Source: Macrostomum lignano
Taxonomy: Eukaryota
Direction: 5' to 3'
Assembly: GCA_002269645.1 (NCBI GenBank)
Contig: NIVC01002257.1
Location: forward strand, 62,001-126,000
DNA length: 64,000 bases
The notes below the pieces were generated by a model. The model was not told where the DNA came from. It saw only the letters and a program-made list of their open reading frames with translations, and made no database searches. Below, piece after piece: positions 1 to 11,500 of this stretch (its first letter is position 1; each line of letters begins with the position of its first letter). Both the position numbers and the translations under genes were made by a program.

Positions 1-39
1 CAGGTCTGCAGCCAACTCCTACCCACCCAACCCTCGCAG

Positions 40-435
40 AAGCTGACCCGCAGGCAGAAAAGCTTCGAACTCATCGCCGGCCGTCTGAGCACCGAAGATT
101 TCGACAAATTCCGCGTCATTTTATCCCGGGATTACACATCGTCAGATGAGGAATTTGAAGATTGTTCCGCATCGGCAGCTGCCACTGCATCGGCTGGGGC
201 GCCGCTTCGCGTCCGCGAGTTGCCCTGGGAGTCGGCAGAGATGGCGGAGATGAAGCGGCAGCTGGACACGGCTTACCTGGATAGCTGCGCCACAGCTAAA
301 CAGTCCGAACAGTTGCGCCGGGTTGCCCGCGGCACCGGCTGCCTGAGCGTCCGGCCGCCGCCAGCCGACTGTCCAGATTGGGCGATTCGACGCGAAACCG
401 CTGATCCGGGCGACTTAGGCAACGCCGATTGTTAA
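40..435 (+). CDS. Terminal exon of paralog A, C14orf93-like family protein (KLTRRQKSFELIAGRLSTEDFDKFRVILSRDYTSSDEE...LRVRELPWESAEMAEMKRQLD...SVRPPPADCPDWAI...)
   Basis: Acceptor ccctcgcag|AAG at 38-39 and an open frame to TAA 433-435. Colinear and highly similar to exons 10294-10467 + 11305-11508 of the downstream gene. The motif order (SSDEE, V-x-x-LPW-x-S, LD, S-x-RPPP, P-x-WA) recalls C14orf93-like proteins, from memory rather than a search. Confidence 0.85.
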   Translation, partial: KLTRRQKSFELIAGRLSTEDFDKFRVILSRDYTSSDEEFEDCSASAAATASAGAPLRVRELPWESAEMAEMKRQLDTAYLDSCATAKQSEQLRRVARGTGCLSVRPPPADCPDWAIRRETADPGDLGNADC

Positions 436-511
436 TTTGTTGTGTGCTAATTAGATGATGAGGCTTTTTACTGATCTTTGAAATACTCGTACATTCATAG
501 TTGCTCTCGCC

Positions 512-879
512 CAATCTAGCTCAGCCAATGAGAGAGCAGTAAGGAGAGAGGACAAAGTCAGACGAACGAAACTCAGCCTAGGGGCAGGCTCAATCTAGCT
601 CAGCCAATGAGAGAGCAGTAAGGAGAGAGGACAAAGTCAGACGAACGAAACTCAGCCTAGGGGCAGGCCCAATCTAGCTCAGCCAATGAGAGAGCAGTAA
701 GGAGAGAGGTCAAAGTCAGACGAACGAAACTCAGCCTAGGGGCAGGCCCAATCTAGCTCAGCCAATGAGAGAGCAGTAAGGAGAGAGGTCAAAGTCAGAC
801 TAACGAAACTCAGCCTAGGGGCAGGCCCAATCTAGCTCAGCCAATGAGAGAGCAGTAAGGAGAGAGGACAAAGTCAGAC
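512..879. repeat. 79-bp minisatellite, about 4.7 copies (caatctagctcagccaatgagagagcagtaagg...)
   Basis: Unit starts at 512, 591, 670, 749 and 828. Confidence 0.95.
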
Positions 880-1249
880 ACAAGCTATGAAGAGTGAAGC
901 CTAACTTGTTTATCGGCCTGGCTAGGGGCCTGGGTCGCCACCCCTTTTCTCTCTTGCTCGCTATGCACACGCACTGGATTTGGGTTCTAAAGTTTTGCCG
1001 CAATTTTCAATCTTGATATTTATTAGATGTTTTAAGTATTCTCTGACTGTTATTCAACGATTTCTTTGGGGAGCCTTTTTGTAAGTGTTATAATCGTTTT
1101 ATAACATTGGTTTATTGTTGTTTGCAAGTCACGAGTGCATGCTTTTTACTTTGCCTGCTAGCTTGTTCAAAATGTTTTTTTATTATTTTTGTTATGCTAA
1201 TTGCATTGTGTTTCTTTGTATTTTTTCGTTCCATTGTGAATCTCCAGTG

Positions 1250-1712
1250 ATTTCGGAGATAGGGATTTCGGAGTGACAGTCTCTCTGGAGTGAGATTTCG
1301 GAGTTACAGTCTCTCTTGAGTGAGATGTCGGAGTGACAGTCTCTCTGGAGCGAGATGTCCGAGTAACAGTCTCTCTGGAGCGAGATGTCGGAGTGACAGT
1401 CTCTCTGGAGCGAGATGTCCGAGTAACAGTCTCTCTGGAGCGAGATGTCGGAGTGACAGTCTCTCTGGAGTGAGATGTCGGAGTGACAGTCTCTCAGGAG
1501 TTAGATGTCGGAGTGACAGTCTCTCTGGAGTGAGATGTCGGAGTGACAGTCTCTCTGGAGTGAGATGTCGGAGTGACAGTCTCTCTGGAGTGAGATGTCG
1601 GAGTGACAGTCTCTCTGGAGCGAGATGTCGGAGTAACAGTCTCTCTGGAGCGAGATGTCGGAGTGACAGTCTCTCTGGAGCGAGATATCGGAGTGACAGT
1701 CTCCAGAGTAAA
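1250..1712. repeat. 30-bp minisatellite (gtcggagtgacagtctctctggagtgagat), about 15 copies
   Basis: Direct reading; explains spurious ORFs 1304-1774 and 1320-1724. Confidence 0.95.
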
Positions 1713-2334
1713 ATTTCAGATTGAGTATGGAGTGACATTAATTTACAAGGGGAATGATATTTAAGTAACTGCAATTCTGTTTAATAGAATTATTTTAATT
1801 ACAGCATCCGATACGGAGCCCGCATTTATTTTGGTGTCACATCTGTTCAAATCGTACCCTGTTGACCCCTGTATAATAATGTACTTTATTAATAATAAAG
1901 TACCCATAGTACTCCTGTTATTAACTGTTAGTTGTGCAGGCAGCTAGCAGTTATTGAAAACTCATATGACCTTACCGTATCGCTTTCCGTTTTTTTAAAG
2001 TATTGTGTTTTTATCTCTGTGCAATGTACTGCGTTTTACATCGCGTCTAGCTTTGCCTGCAGTATTTGCACTCAGTACTACTATTGGCCTGCTGTTGCGT
2101 TTGCTTTTGAATTATCGACAAAAAATATAAAATAAATTGGTTTCCGTTATGTGGATTTCACTTATGTAATGTCGTTCCTCATTTTTCTTTATTTCGTCCG
2201 ATAGCAAAATCTTTATATTTTACTACTGTAAACACTACTAAATAGTAGATACTATGATAGGCCAATGCTTTTTTGTATTTATTCTTTCTTTTGCTTAGCA
2301 ACTCTTTTAAATCAAGTTTTTTTACGATCATTAG

Positions 2335-2520
2335 TCACTCTCGGGAGATCAGTTGAGATTCACATAGGGATTAGGAGTGATTCTCAGAAGAGATTAGGAT
2401 TTATTCCTACGGGGATCAGGAGTGATTCTCAGAGGGGATCAGGAGTGATTCTTAGGGGTTAGGAGTGATACTTAGGAGGGTCAGGAGTATTTCTTAGGGG
2501 GACTAGGAGTGATTCTTGAA
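2335..2520. repeat. Degenerate ~22-24-bp repeat (aggagtgattct...)
   Basis: About 7 recurrences of aggagtgat. Confidence 0.7.
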
Positions 2521-2713
2521 GGCGAAATAAAAATATAGGGATTACAGAGGATAATTAGCTAGGTACATTAAACTTCTTACCTCAAGAATTCGTGTTTAAT
2601 TCAGAAATCGGATTAAATTTATACAGCAAGATTCAAGCGTTGCCTACTGTCAGTAGAGTAATGGGGTCAGTCTTGTATTATTTATATTGCAATAATGTCT
2701 GATTTATCATTTC

Positions 2714-5265
2714 ATGCCACAGATGGCAGCCTGCGAGTCGGCTGCGCCGCCATTCTCGCCTCTGACTCTATTCGAGTCGACAATTACCAACGCCCAGATG
2801 CTACTGGAGTCCATGGCCGAACGAGAACTGTTCACCGCTATGCGCATTGTCGCCTGTCTGCATTCCCAGATGCTGCAAGTGATGGAGCCACGGTTTGGCC
2901 GACTGTGCGATCGAAGCGATCAGCTGGGCCTGCTGATTGACTCTGACCCATCCGCTGCTGGCCGGAGCTCTGGGCAGCAGCAGCAACAGCAGCAACCGGG
3001 TCAGACCTCTAATCAGCAGCAACAGCAGCTGCAGGGCAGTCAGCAGCATCGAACCAAGGCTGATCCAGATGCCGGCGACGGAGTTCTTGGCGCTGCCCTG
3101 TGCGCCATCAAGGTAACTTGATTAATCAGTAGAATTACCACGGGAAATGAAATAAAAAACTGAAGCTTTTTATCGCGACTAGGCAGACATTAGAAACTGC
3201 ACACTCAGTCATGCTTTAAAGCCATTAGGCGGACATTAGAAACTGCACACTCAGTCATGCTTTAGAGCCATTAGGCGGACATTAGAAACTGCACACTCAG
3301 TCATGCTTTAGAGCCATTAGGCGGACATTAGAAACTGCACACTCAGTCATGCTTTAGAGCCATTAGGCAGATATTAGAAACTGCACACTCAGTCATGCTT
3401 TAAAGCCATTAGGCAGATATTAGAAACTGCACACTCAGTCATGCTTTAGAGCCATTAGGCGGACATTAGAAACTGCACACTCAGTCATGCTTTAGAGCCA
3501 TTAGGCGGACATTAGAAACTGCACACTCAGTCATGCTTTAGAGCCATTAGGCGTACATTAGAAACTGCGCACTCAGTCATGCTTTAAAGCCATTAGGCGG
3601 CTGTATGAAAAATCTCCCCCTTTCCAGGCGGACCCGGATGATTCAACCCGCCGATCCCTGCGCCCCCTGGCCGACTCCACCGCCGCAGTCGCCGCTGGCG
3701 CCACCCCCGAGGACGCCGACGATGAAGAGGAATTAGAAGAAGAACTCGAAGAGGAAGACGAAGAGTGCGTCATCATGGCTGCCACAGCTGCCGAGGAGGC
3801 CGAGTTTGCAGCGTCGACTGCCTACGGCGGCTATCATCATTCCCAGCATCCCCAGCTTCATCATCCGCAGCAGCAGCAGCCCGTTCCCAAGATTGCCCGC
3901 TACGATTTCTCATTAGGCGCCTCCTCGTCGGCCTCCTCCCTAGCCGCCATTGGTGGCGACGTGCCAGCCGAGTGTAAAACTGTGATGCGCCGGGCCTACA
4001 AAGCTTTGAAAGGCGCCGGGCCGCATCTGTTCGATTTTAGTCAGCCGTGAGTGTCCGTCCGGTTTGAAATTTAATGCCATAATACCCAACTGTCTTCAGG
4101 GTTTTTGTATTTCTTCGAAACCGCAAGTCTCGTGTGTTTCCTGAAAACCGCAAGTCTCGTGTGTTTCCTGGAAACCGCTAGTCCCCTGTTTCCTGGAAAC
4201 CGCTAGTCTCCTGTTTCCTGGAAACCGCTAGCCTCCTGTTTCCTGGAAACCGCTAGTCTCCTGTTTCCTGGAAACCGCTAGTCTCCTGTTTCCTGGAAAC
4301 CGCTAGTCTCCTGTTTCCTGGAAACCGCTAGCCTCCTGGGTTTCCTGGAAACCGCTAGCCTCCTGGGTTTCCTGGAAACCGCTAGTCTCGTGTTTTTCTC
4401 AGTCTCATATTTTCTTGGAAACCTTTAGTCTCATGTGGTTCTTGGAAACCCCTGGTGTCATGTTTCTCAGAAACGGCTTGTCTCATGTTTATTGGAACTG
4501 TCTCATGTTTATTGGAACTGTCTCATGTTTATTGGAACTGGCTCGTTTGTTTCCTGGAAACCGCTAGTCATGTGTTTCCTGGAAACCAGTAGTCTCGTGC
4601 GTTTTCCAGTTTCATATATTTTGAAAATCTCTATAAGTTTAAAATTCTTCAATGAACCATTAAAAAGGTAGAAAGTCCCGAGTATACTCCTTAATTAATA
4701 TATTCATGCACATTATCGAACCCTTGCCGCCGCAGTTTCGGAGCCGATGTCAATCAGCGAGTTGCCGCCCAGGTGATGACCAAAGCCAAGGAGTTGGCCA
4801 TAGGCAAGGGCTGGCCAGATGACATCTGGCAAAGTGAGTGTCGCTAATATTTGTTATTCAATTTGCTTTATACTATTAGTAGCATATCCATTGTGTTTTA
4901 ACAATTGTCCTGGAAACGTCGCAAGTTCTCACCTTTTTATAGTCACTTGTGTCTCATTCTTTCACCAATTGTCCCACTTGGTCATATCTGCACTTTTCAT
5001 GCCTACCTGTAACGCTCTTGTGCGTTGTTGTTCGTTAAAAGGTTTTCAAATTATTCGTTCTCTCAAAACAACGCGATATGCTGTCAATTTTGCAGCGCAT
5101 TTGTCATTTACAGTGGCATTGACTTGTATGATCATTAATTATCTAATTAACTGATAACTATATGAATCTCTGCTATGGCTAACTTTCATATAAATTTTAA
5201 TTGATAAGCCCGTTTTTATTAGATCTTCAACATGGGTGTAGATAGATAGATATATAGATAGATAT

Positions 5266-5335
<70 letters not shown>

Positions 5336-5336
5336 G

Positions 5337-5395
<59 letters not shown>

Positions 5396-5396
5396 G

Positions 5397-5480
<84 letters not shown>

Positions 5481-5499
5481 GATAGACAGATAGATAGAC

Positions 5500-5530
<31 letters not shown>

Positions 5531-5531
5531 C

Positions 5532-5590
<59 letters not shown>

Positions 5591-8500
5591 CAGATAGATA
5601 AATAGATAGATAGATAGATAGATAGATAGACAGATAGATAGATAGAATAGATAGATAGATTCATAGAAAGCTAGATAGACAGACAGACAGATACATGGTC
5701 ATGGTATTGTCACAGATAATTGCCGTATAAATGCAGTAAACTCAACGTCGCACACCAGAGCGAGCCACGAGCGAATCCAGTGTACTTAGCTGGCCCAGTG
5801 CAAATGCTTTAAAAGTTAAATGCCGGCCTCTTCCAACTGCCCTTGCATTGTCCCTTTCTCTTTGCTATCTTTAACTGTTAAAACAGGCTTGCCAAAGAGG
5901 AGCAGACTAGACATGATCTTCCTCACCTTTAAGCACAATAATAAGCAGCGAAGTAAATTGTTCGTAAGTCCGCTCGATCTGCTTTTGTCTGCTGCGCGGG
6001 TAAAACTGCTTTTTTGACCAGCAACAATTTTTGCTCCAGAATCTTGATTTGCAATAGGCAATTTTGGTTTTGATCTTGTTTTCTTGTCGGCCTCGTGGGG
6101 CGACGATGTAAGTTTTTAATTGGTAGCTAATTGCTCAGGTAGTTTTATTTCGTAGGTAATTGCTCAGGTAGTTTTAATTGGTAGCTAATTGCTCAGGTAG
6201 TTTTAATTGGTAGCTAATTGCTCCGGTAGTTTTATTTGGTAGATAATTGCTCCAGTAGTTTTAATTGGTAGCTAATTGCTCAGGTAGTTTTAATTGGTAG
6301 ATAATTGCTCAGGTAGTTTTAATTGGTAGCTAATTGCTCCGGTAGTTTTATTTGGTAGATAATTGCTCCAGTAGTTTTAATTGGTAGCTAATTGCTCAGG
6401 TAGTTTTAATTGGTAGATAATTGCTCAGGTAGTTTTAATTGGTAGCTAATTGCTCCGGTAGTTTTAATTGGTAGCTAATTGCTCAGGTAGTTTTAATTGG
6501 TAGATAATTGCTCCGGTAGTTTTATTTGGTAGATAATTGCTCCAGTAGTTTTAATTGGTAGCTAATTGCTCAGGTAGTTTTAATTGGTAGATAATTGCTC
6601 AGGTAGTTTTAATTGGTAGCTAATTGCTCCGGTAGTTTTATTTGGTAGATAATTGCTCCAGTAGTTTTAATTGGTAGCTAATTGCTCAGGTAGTTTTAAT
6701 TGGTAGATAATTGCTCAGGTAGTTTTAATTGGTAGCTAATTGCTCCGGTAGTTTTAATTGGTAGATAATTGCTCAGGTAGTTTTATTGCCCTTGTTTTAA
6801 TTCGAGTCTAAGTTAGTTACTTATCTATAGAAGCTTGTGACGTTTCTTTAATTAATTTATAATTAATTAGATAGTTAGTAAGACCAATAAGGCAAAACGG
6901 AAGGTAAACTCGCCGTTAAACTTGCAGGCCTACCGCCTGTGTGCCGTTTGTCGACTGTATTCTCTAAATTGCGATTCGATATTCGACGGAATTATAAATT
7001 TAACGTAAGATTAATTAGGATTCAAAGCAGGGAAGATTTTCGTAATTTCCAGTCTTGAATAAACATTGTTTTAGTTCTTTATTATTTTATATTTTAATTG
7101 TTTCTCCAAGCATTAATTGCTTACAACTTGTGACGTTTCAAATCAGTTCCTGTCGAAAAAGTTCTGCATTTTAAAATGATTAACAATAATTTTTTCTATG
7201 CAATGTTTTTTTCTAGGAATTGCCTACAAATATCGTATAGATGGCATTTTTAGTCATTTTCGGACCAAGGCCAAGTCTAAATATCGGGAAATCGTAAGCC
7301 AAAATAATGCGCCTCTGCTACTACTCACAACTACGATATGTACTGTGTGTTGCGTGTACTTTTGTGTTACATTGTAAACGGCGTTTATTTGATGCTCGCC
7401 GTGTCTAAATCATAGGGTTGATATTAAGCTGTGGCCAAGTATTGGGATGAGATTAAGCCATGTTTGAAATCATAGGGGTGAGATTAAGCTGTGACCAAGT
7501 ATTGGGATGTGATTAAGCCATGTTTGAAATCATAGGGTGAGATTAAGGCATGTTTAAAATCATAAGGGGTGAGATTAAGCCATGTTTGAAATCATAGGGT
7601 GAGATTAAGCTGTGGCCAAGTATTGGGATGAGATTAAGCCATGTTTAAAATCATAGGGTGAGATTAAGCTGTGACCAAGTATTGGGATGTGATTAAGCCA
7701 TATTTGAAATCTTAGGGGTGAGATTAAGCTGTGACCAAGTATTGGGATGTGATTAAGCCATATTTGAAATCATAGGGTGAGATTAAGCTGTGACCAAGTA
7801 TTGGGACGTGATTAAGCCATATTTGAAATCATAGGGGTGAGATTAAGCTGTGACCAAGTATTGGGATGTGATTAAGCCATATTTGAAATCATAGGGGTGA
7901 GATTAAGCCATGTTTAAAATCATAGGGTGAGATTAAGCTTTGTTCAATCACACGGATAGGATCAGGCCTTGTCTTAATCCTTAGGGTTAGATTAAGCTGT
8001 GCCCAAATAGAGTGAGATTAAGCCATGCTTGAATAATTGGGATGAGATTAAGCTTTATTATTTATTTTTTTTCTGAAAAGTCTCCGACCGTGAAGGTGGG
8101 ATTGCTGGACGAGCTGGCTGGCAGAGCCAACTGCAATTTGCGACGTTTTCAAGAGCCAGTCCGAAATCCAAGAATTCCCTAATTAATCTCCTATTCAACG
8201 TATTTTCAGAGATGCCCTACACATCAAAAATAGTTTACTTATTTTCAAATTTTCGCGCTAAAATGCGCATCAAACTGAGGAACTCTGTAAGCTAATCATG
8301 TCATGCAAGTTGTTTTTTTATTTCTAGAAAAATCTCCAATCTCCTACTGACAGTAGAGTCATAAAGACACGGAGAACTCGCGCTCGTTTTTTGAGACAGT
8401 GAAATATGTACTATTATTTAATTAATAGTAATATATGTACTGTTGCTTTGCAATCAATTTAATACAAAATCTCGTAGGACTTCCTTGCGACAGTCGGATA

Positions 8501-11500
8501 AAATATTTGCACGCAAATTTTGGCGTGAAAATTCGCGCTAGACACAAGCAGAAAGTGAGTATACTTATTAGAGCGATATGGAGAGTTCAATGGTCCGAGG
8601 GAGACTGAGTGTGAGCGGGAGGGAGACTGAGTGTGAGCGGGAGGGAGACTGAGTGTGAGCGGGAGGGAGACTGAGTGTGAGCGGGAGGGAGACTGAGTGT
8701 GAGCGGGGGGGAGACTGAGTGTGAGCGGGAGGGAGACTGAGTGTGAGCGGGGGGGAGACTGAGTGTGAGCGGGAGGGAGACTGAGTGTGAGCGGGAGGGA
8801 GACTGAGTGTGAGCGGGAGGGAGACTGAGTGTGAGCGGGAGGGAGACTGAGTGTGAGCGTGAGGGAGACTGAGTGTGAGCGGGGGGAGACTGAGGGCGGG
8901 AGGGAGACTGAGGGCGGGAGGGAGACTGAGGGCGGGAGGGAGACTGAGTGTGAGCGGGAGGGAGACTGAGTGTGAGCGGGAGGGAGACTGAGTGTGAGCG
9001 GGAGGGAGACTGAGTGTGAGCGGGAGGGAGACTGAGTGTGAGCGGGAGGGAGACTGAGTGTGAGCGGGAGGGAGACTGAGTGTGAGCGGGAGGGAGACTG
9101 AGTGTGAGCGGGAGGGAGTCTGAGTGTGAGCGGGAGGGAGACTGAGTGTGAGCGGGAGGGAGACTGAGTGTGAGCGGGAGGGAGACTGAGTGTGAGCGGG
9201 AGGGAGACTGAGTGTGAGCGGGAGGGAGTCTGAGTGTGAGCGGGAGGGAGACTGAGTGTGAGCGGGAGGGAGACTGAGTGTGAGCGGGAGGGAGTCTGAG
9301 TGTGAGCGGGAGGGAGTCTGAGTGTGAGCGGGAGGGAGACTGAGTGTGAGCGGGAGGGAGACTGAGTGTGAGCGGGAGGGAGACTGAGTGTGAGCGGGAG
9401 GGAGACTGAGTGTGAGGGAGACTGAGTGTGAGCGGGAGGGAGACTGAGTGTGAGCGGGAGGGAGACTGAGTGTGAGCGGGAGGGAGACTGAGTGTGAGCG
9501 GGAGGGAGACTGAGTGTGAGCGGGAGGGAGACTGGGGTGAGAGGGAGGGAGACTGAGTGTGAGCGGGAGGGAGACTGAGTGTGAGCGGGAGGGAGACTGA
9601 GTGTGAGCGGGAGGGAGACTGAGTGTGAGCGGGAGGGAGACTGGGGTGAGAGGGAGGGAGACTGAGTGTGAGCGGGAGGGAGACTGAGTGTGAGCGGGAG
9701 GGAGACTGAGTGTGAGCGGGAGGGAGACTGAGTGTGAGCGGGAGGGAGACTGAGTGTGAGCGGGAGGGAGACTGAGTGTGAGCGGGAGGGAGACTGGGGT
9801 GAGAGGGAGGGAGACTGAGTGTGAGCGGGAGGGAGACTGAGTGTGAGCGGGAGGGAGACTGAGTGTGAGCGGGAGGGAGACTGAGTGTGAGCGGGAGGGA
9901 GACTGGGGTGAGAGGGAGACTGAGTGTGAGCGGGAGGGAGACTGGGGTGAGAGGGAGACTGAGTGTGAGCGGGAGGGAGACTGAGTGTGAGCGGGAGGGA
10001 GACTGAGTGTGAGCGGGAGGGAGACTGAGGGCGAGAGGGAGACTTGAGGACGAAAGGAAGAGGGGTATTGAAATGCATATTAAAGGTGAGGATAATAATA
10101 GTCAAGAGGAGGACAGAGAAATGAGGGAGAGATGGTAAGTGAAATGGGTTTTATTAATAAAGAGTCCCACAAGACAAACCGTTGAGTCGGTCAGAAGCGG
10201 CCGTACAGTCTTATCCAAGCTGATGGTGGTCCTAACCTGCTCATTGCCAAACTAACCGAAGAATCGCTATTCGCTTCCTCACAACTGCCACAGAAGCTCA
10301 GCCGTCGCCAGCGCAGCTTCGAACTGGTTGCCACCAGCCTCAGCACTGACGAATTGGAGAAATTCCGGGTTATTCTCACCCGGGATTACACCAGCTCGGA
10401 TGAGGAGTGCGGCTCCGGCGGCTCCGACCAGCTGCGGGTGCGCGAGCTGCCTTGGGAGTCTGATGAGGTAAACTATGCGCTATTTAGGTCTTTGTGTCTG
10501 CTCTGTAGGTCTTTGTGTCTGCTCTGTAGGTCTTTGTGCCTGCTCTGTAGGTCTCTGAGCCTGCTCTGTAGGTCCTTGTGCCTGCTCTATAGGTCTTTGT
10601 GCCTGCTCTGTAGGGTCTTTGTGCCTGCTCTGTAGGTCTTTGTGCCTGCTCTGTAGGTCTGAGCCTGCTATGTTGGTCTTTGTGCCTGCTCTGTAGGTCT
10701 TTGAGCCTGCTCTGTAGGTCCTTGTGCCTGCTCTATAGGTCTTTGTGCCTGCTCTGTAGGGTCTTTGTGCCTGCTCTGTAGGTCTTTGTGCCTGCTCTGT
10801 AGGTCTGAGCCTGCTATGTTGGTCTTTGTGCCTGCTCTGTAGGTCTTTGAGCCTACTCTGTAGGTCTTTGTGGCTGCTCTGTAGGTCTTTGAGCCTGCTC
10901 TATAGGTCTTTGTGGCTGCTCTGTAGGGTCTTTGTGCCTGCTCTATAGGTCTTTGTTGCTGCTCTGTTGGTCTTTTTGTCTGCTATGTAGGTCTTTGTGC
11001 CTGCTCTGTAGGTCTTTGAGCCTGCTATGTAGGTCTTTGTGCCTGCTCTGTAGGTCTTTGAGCCTGCTATGTAGGTCTTTGTGCCTGCTCTGTAGGTCCT
11101 TCTCTGTGTCTGCTATTAGGTCTTTGTCTGTGTCTGCTCTAGAGGTCTTTGTGCGTCTGCTCTGTAGGTCCCTGTCTGTTGGTCTATTCTCTAGCTTTTC
11201 CCTCCGTTCGTCAGTATCTGTATGTTAGTCAGTGTTTTTCTATTGATATTTACATGTCCATATTTTGTCTGACCACATCCTAATCATAATCCTAATCCCG
11301 GCAGGTAAAGCGGCTGAAGCGCCAGCTGGACCAGGTGTACGCCGACAACTGCGCCACTACCAAGCAGCGCCAGCAGCTGGCCAAGAGTATCAGAGACCCG
11401 ATGCGGGCCAGGTCGCAGCGCCCGCCGCCTGAGGGCGCGCCAGACTGGGCATTGAAACCCGCGCCGTCCTCGCCAACTGGCGCCTCGGCATCGGGAGCGC

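Noticed and set aside
5716-6107. Other exon-like pieces (5716-5780 CRINAVNS; 6022/6040-6107 ending in gtaagt) and a second AACGTCGCA at 5744-5752
   Set aside because: No valid donor, or in-phase stops; the 9-nt docking-like match is too short to call.
8081-8158. Exon-like segment SPTVKVGLLDELAGRANCNLRRFQ
   Set aside because: AAG acceptor with only a weak donor (GTCCGA, or GC); it overlaps the exon 4D selector, which may explain its composition. Not fully excluded.
2644-8357. Palindrome CTACTG(A/T)CAGTAG at ~2644 and ~8344
   Set aside because: Only two short copies with no shared flanks.
8328-8398. Possible sixth alternative exon (PTDSRV...RAR resemblance)
   Set aside because: 71 nt with stops in the required phase; at best a decayed copy.
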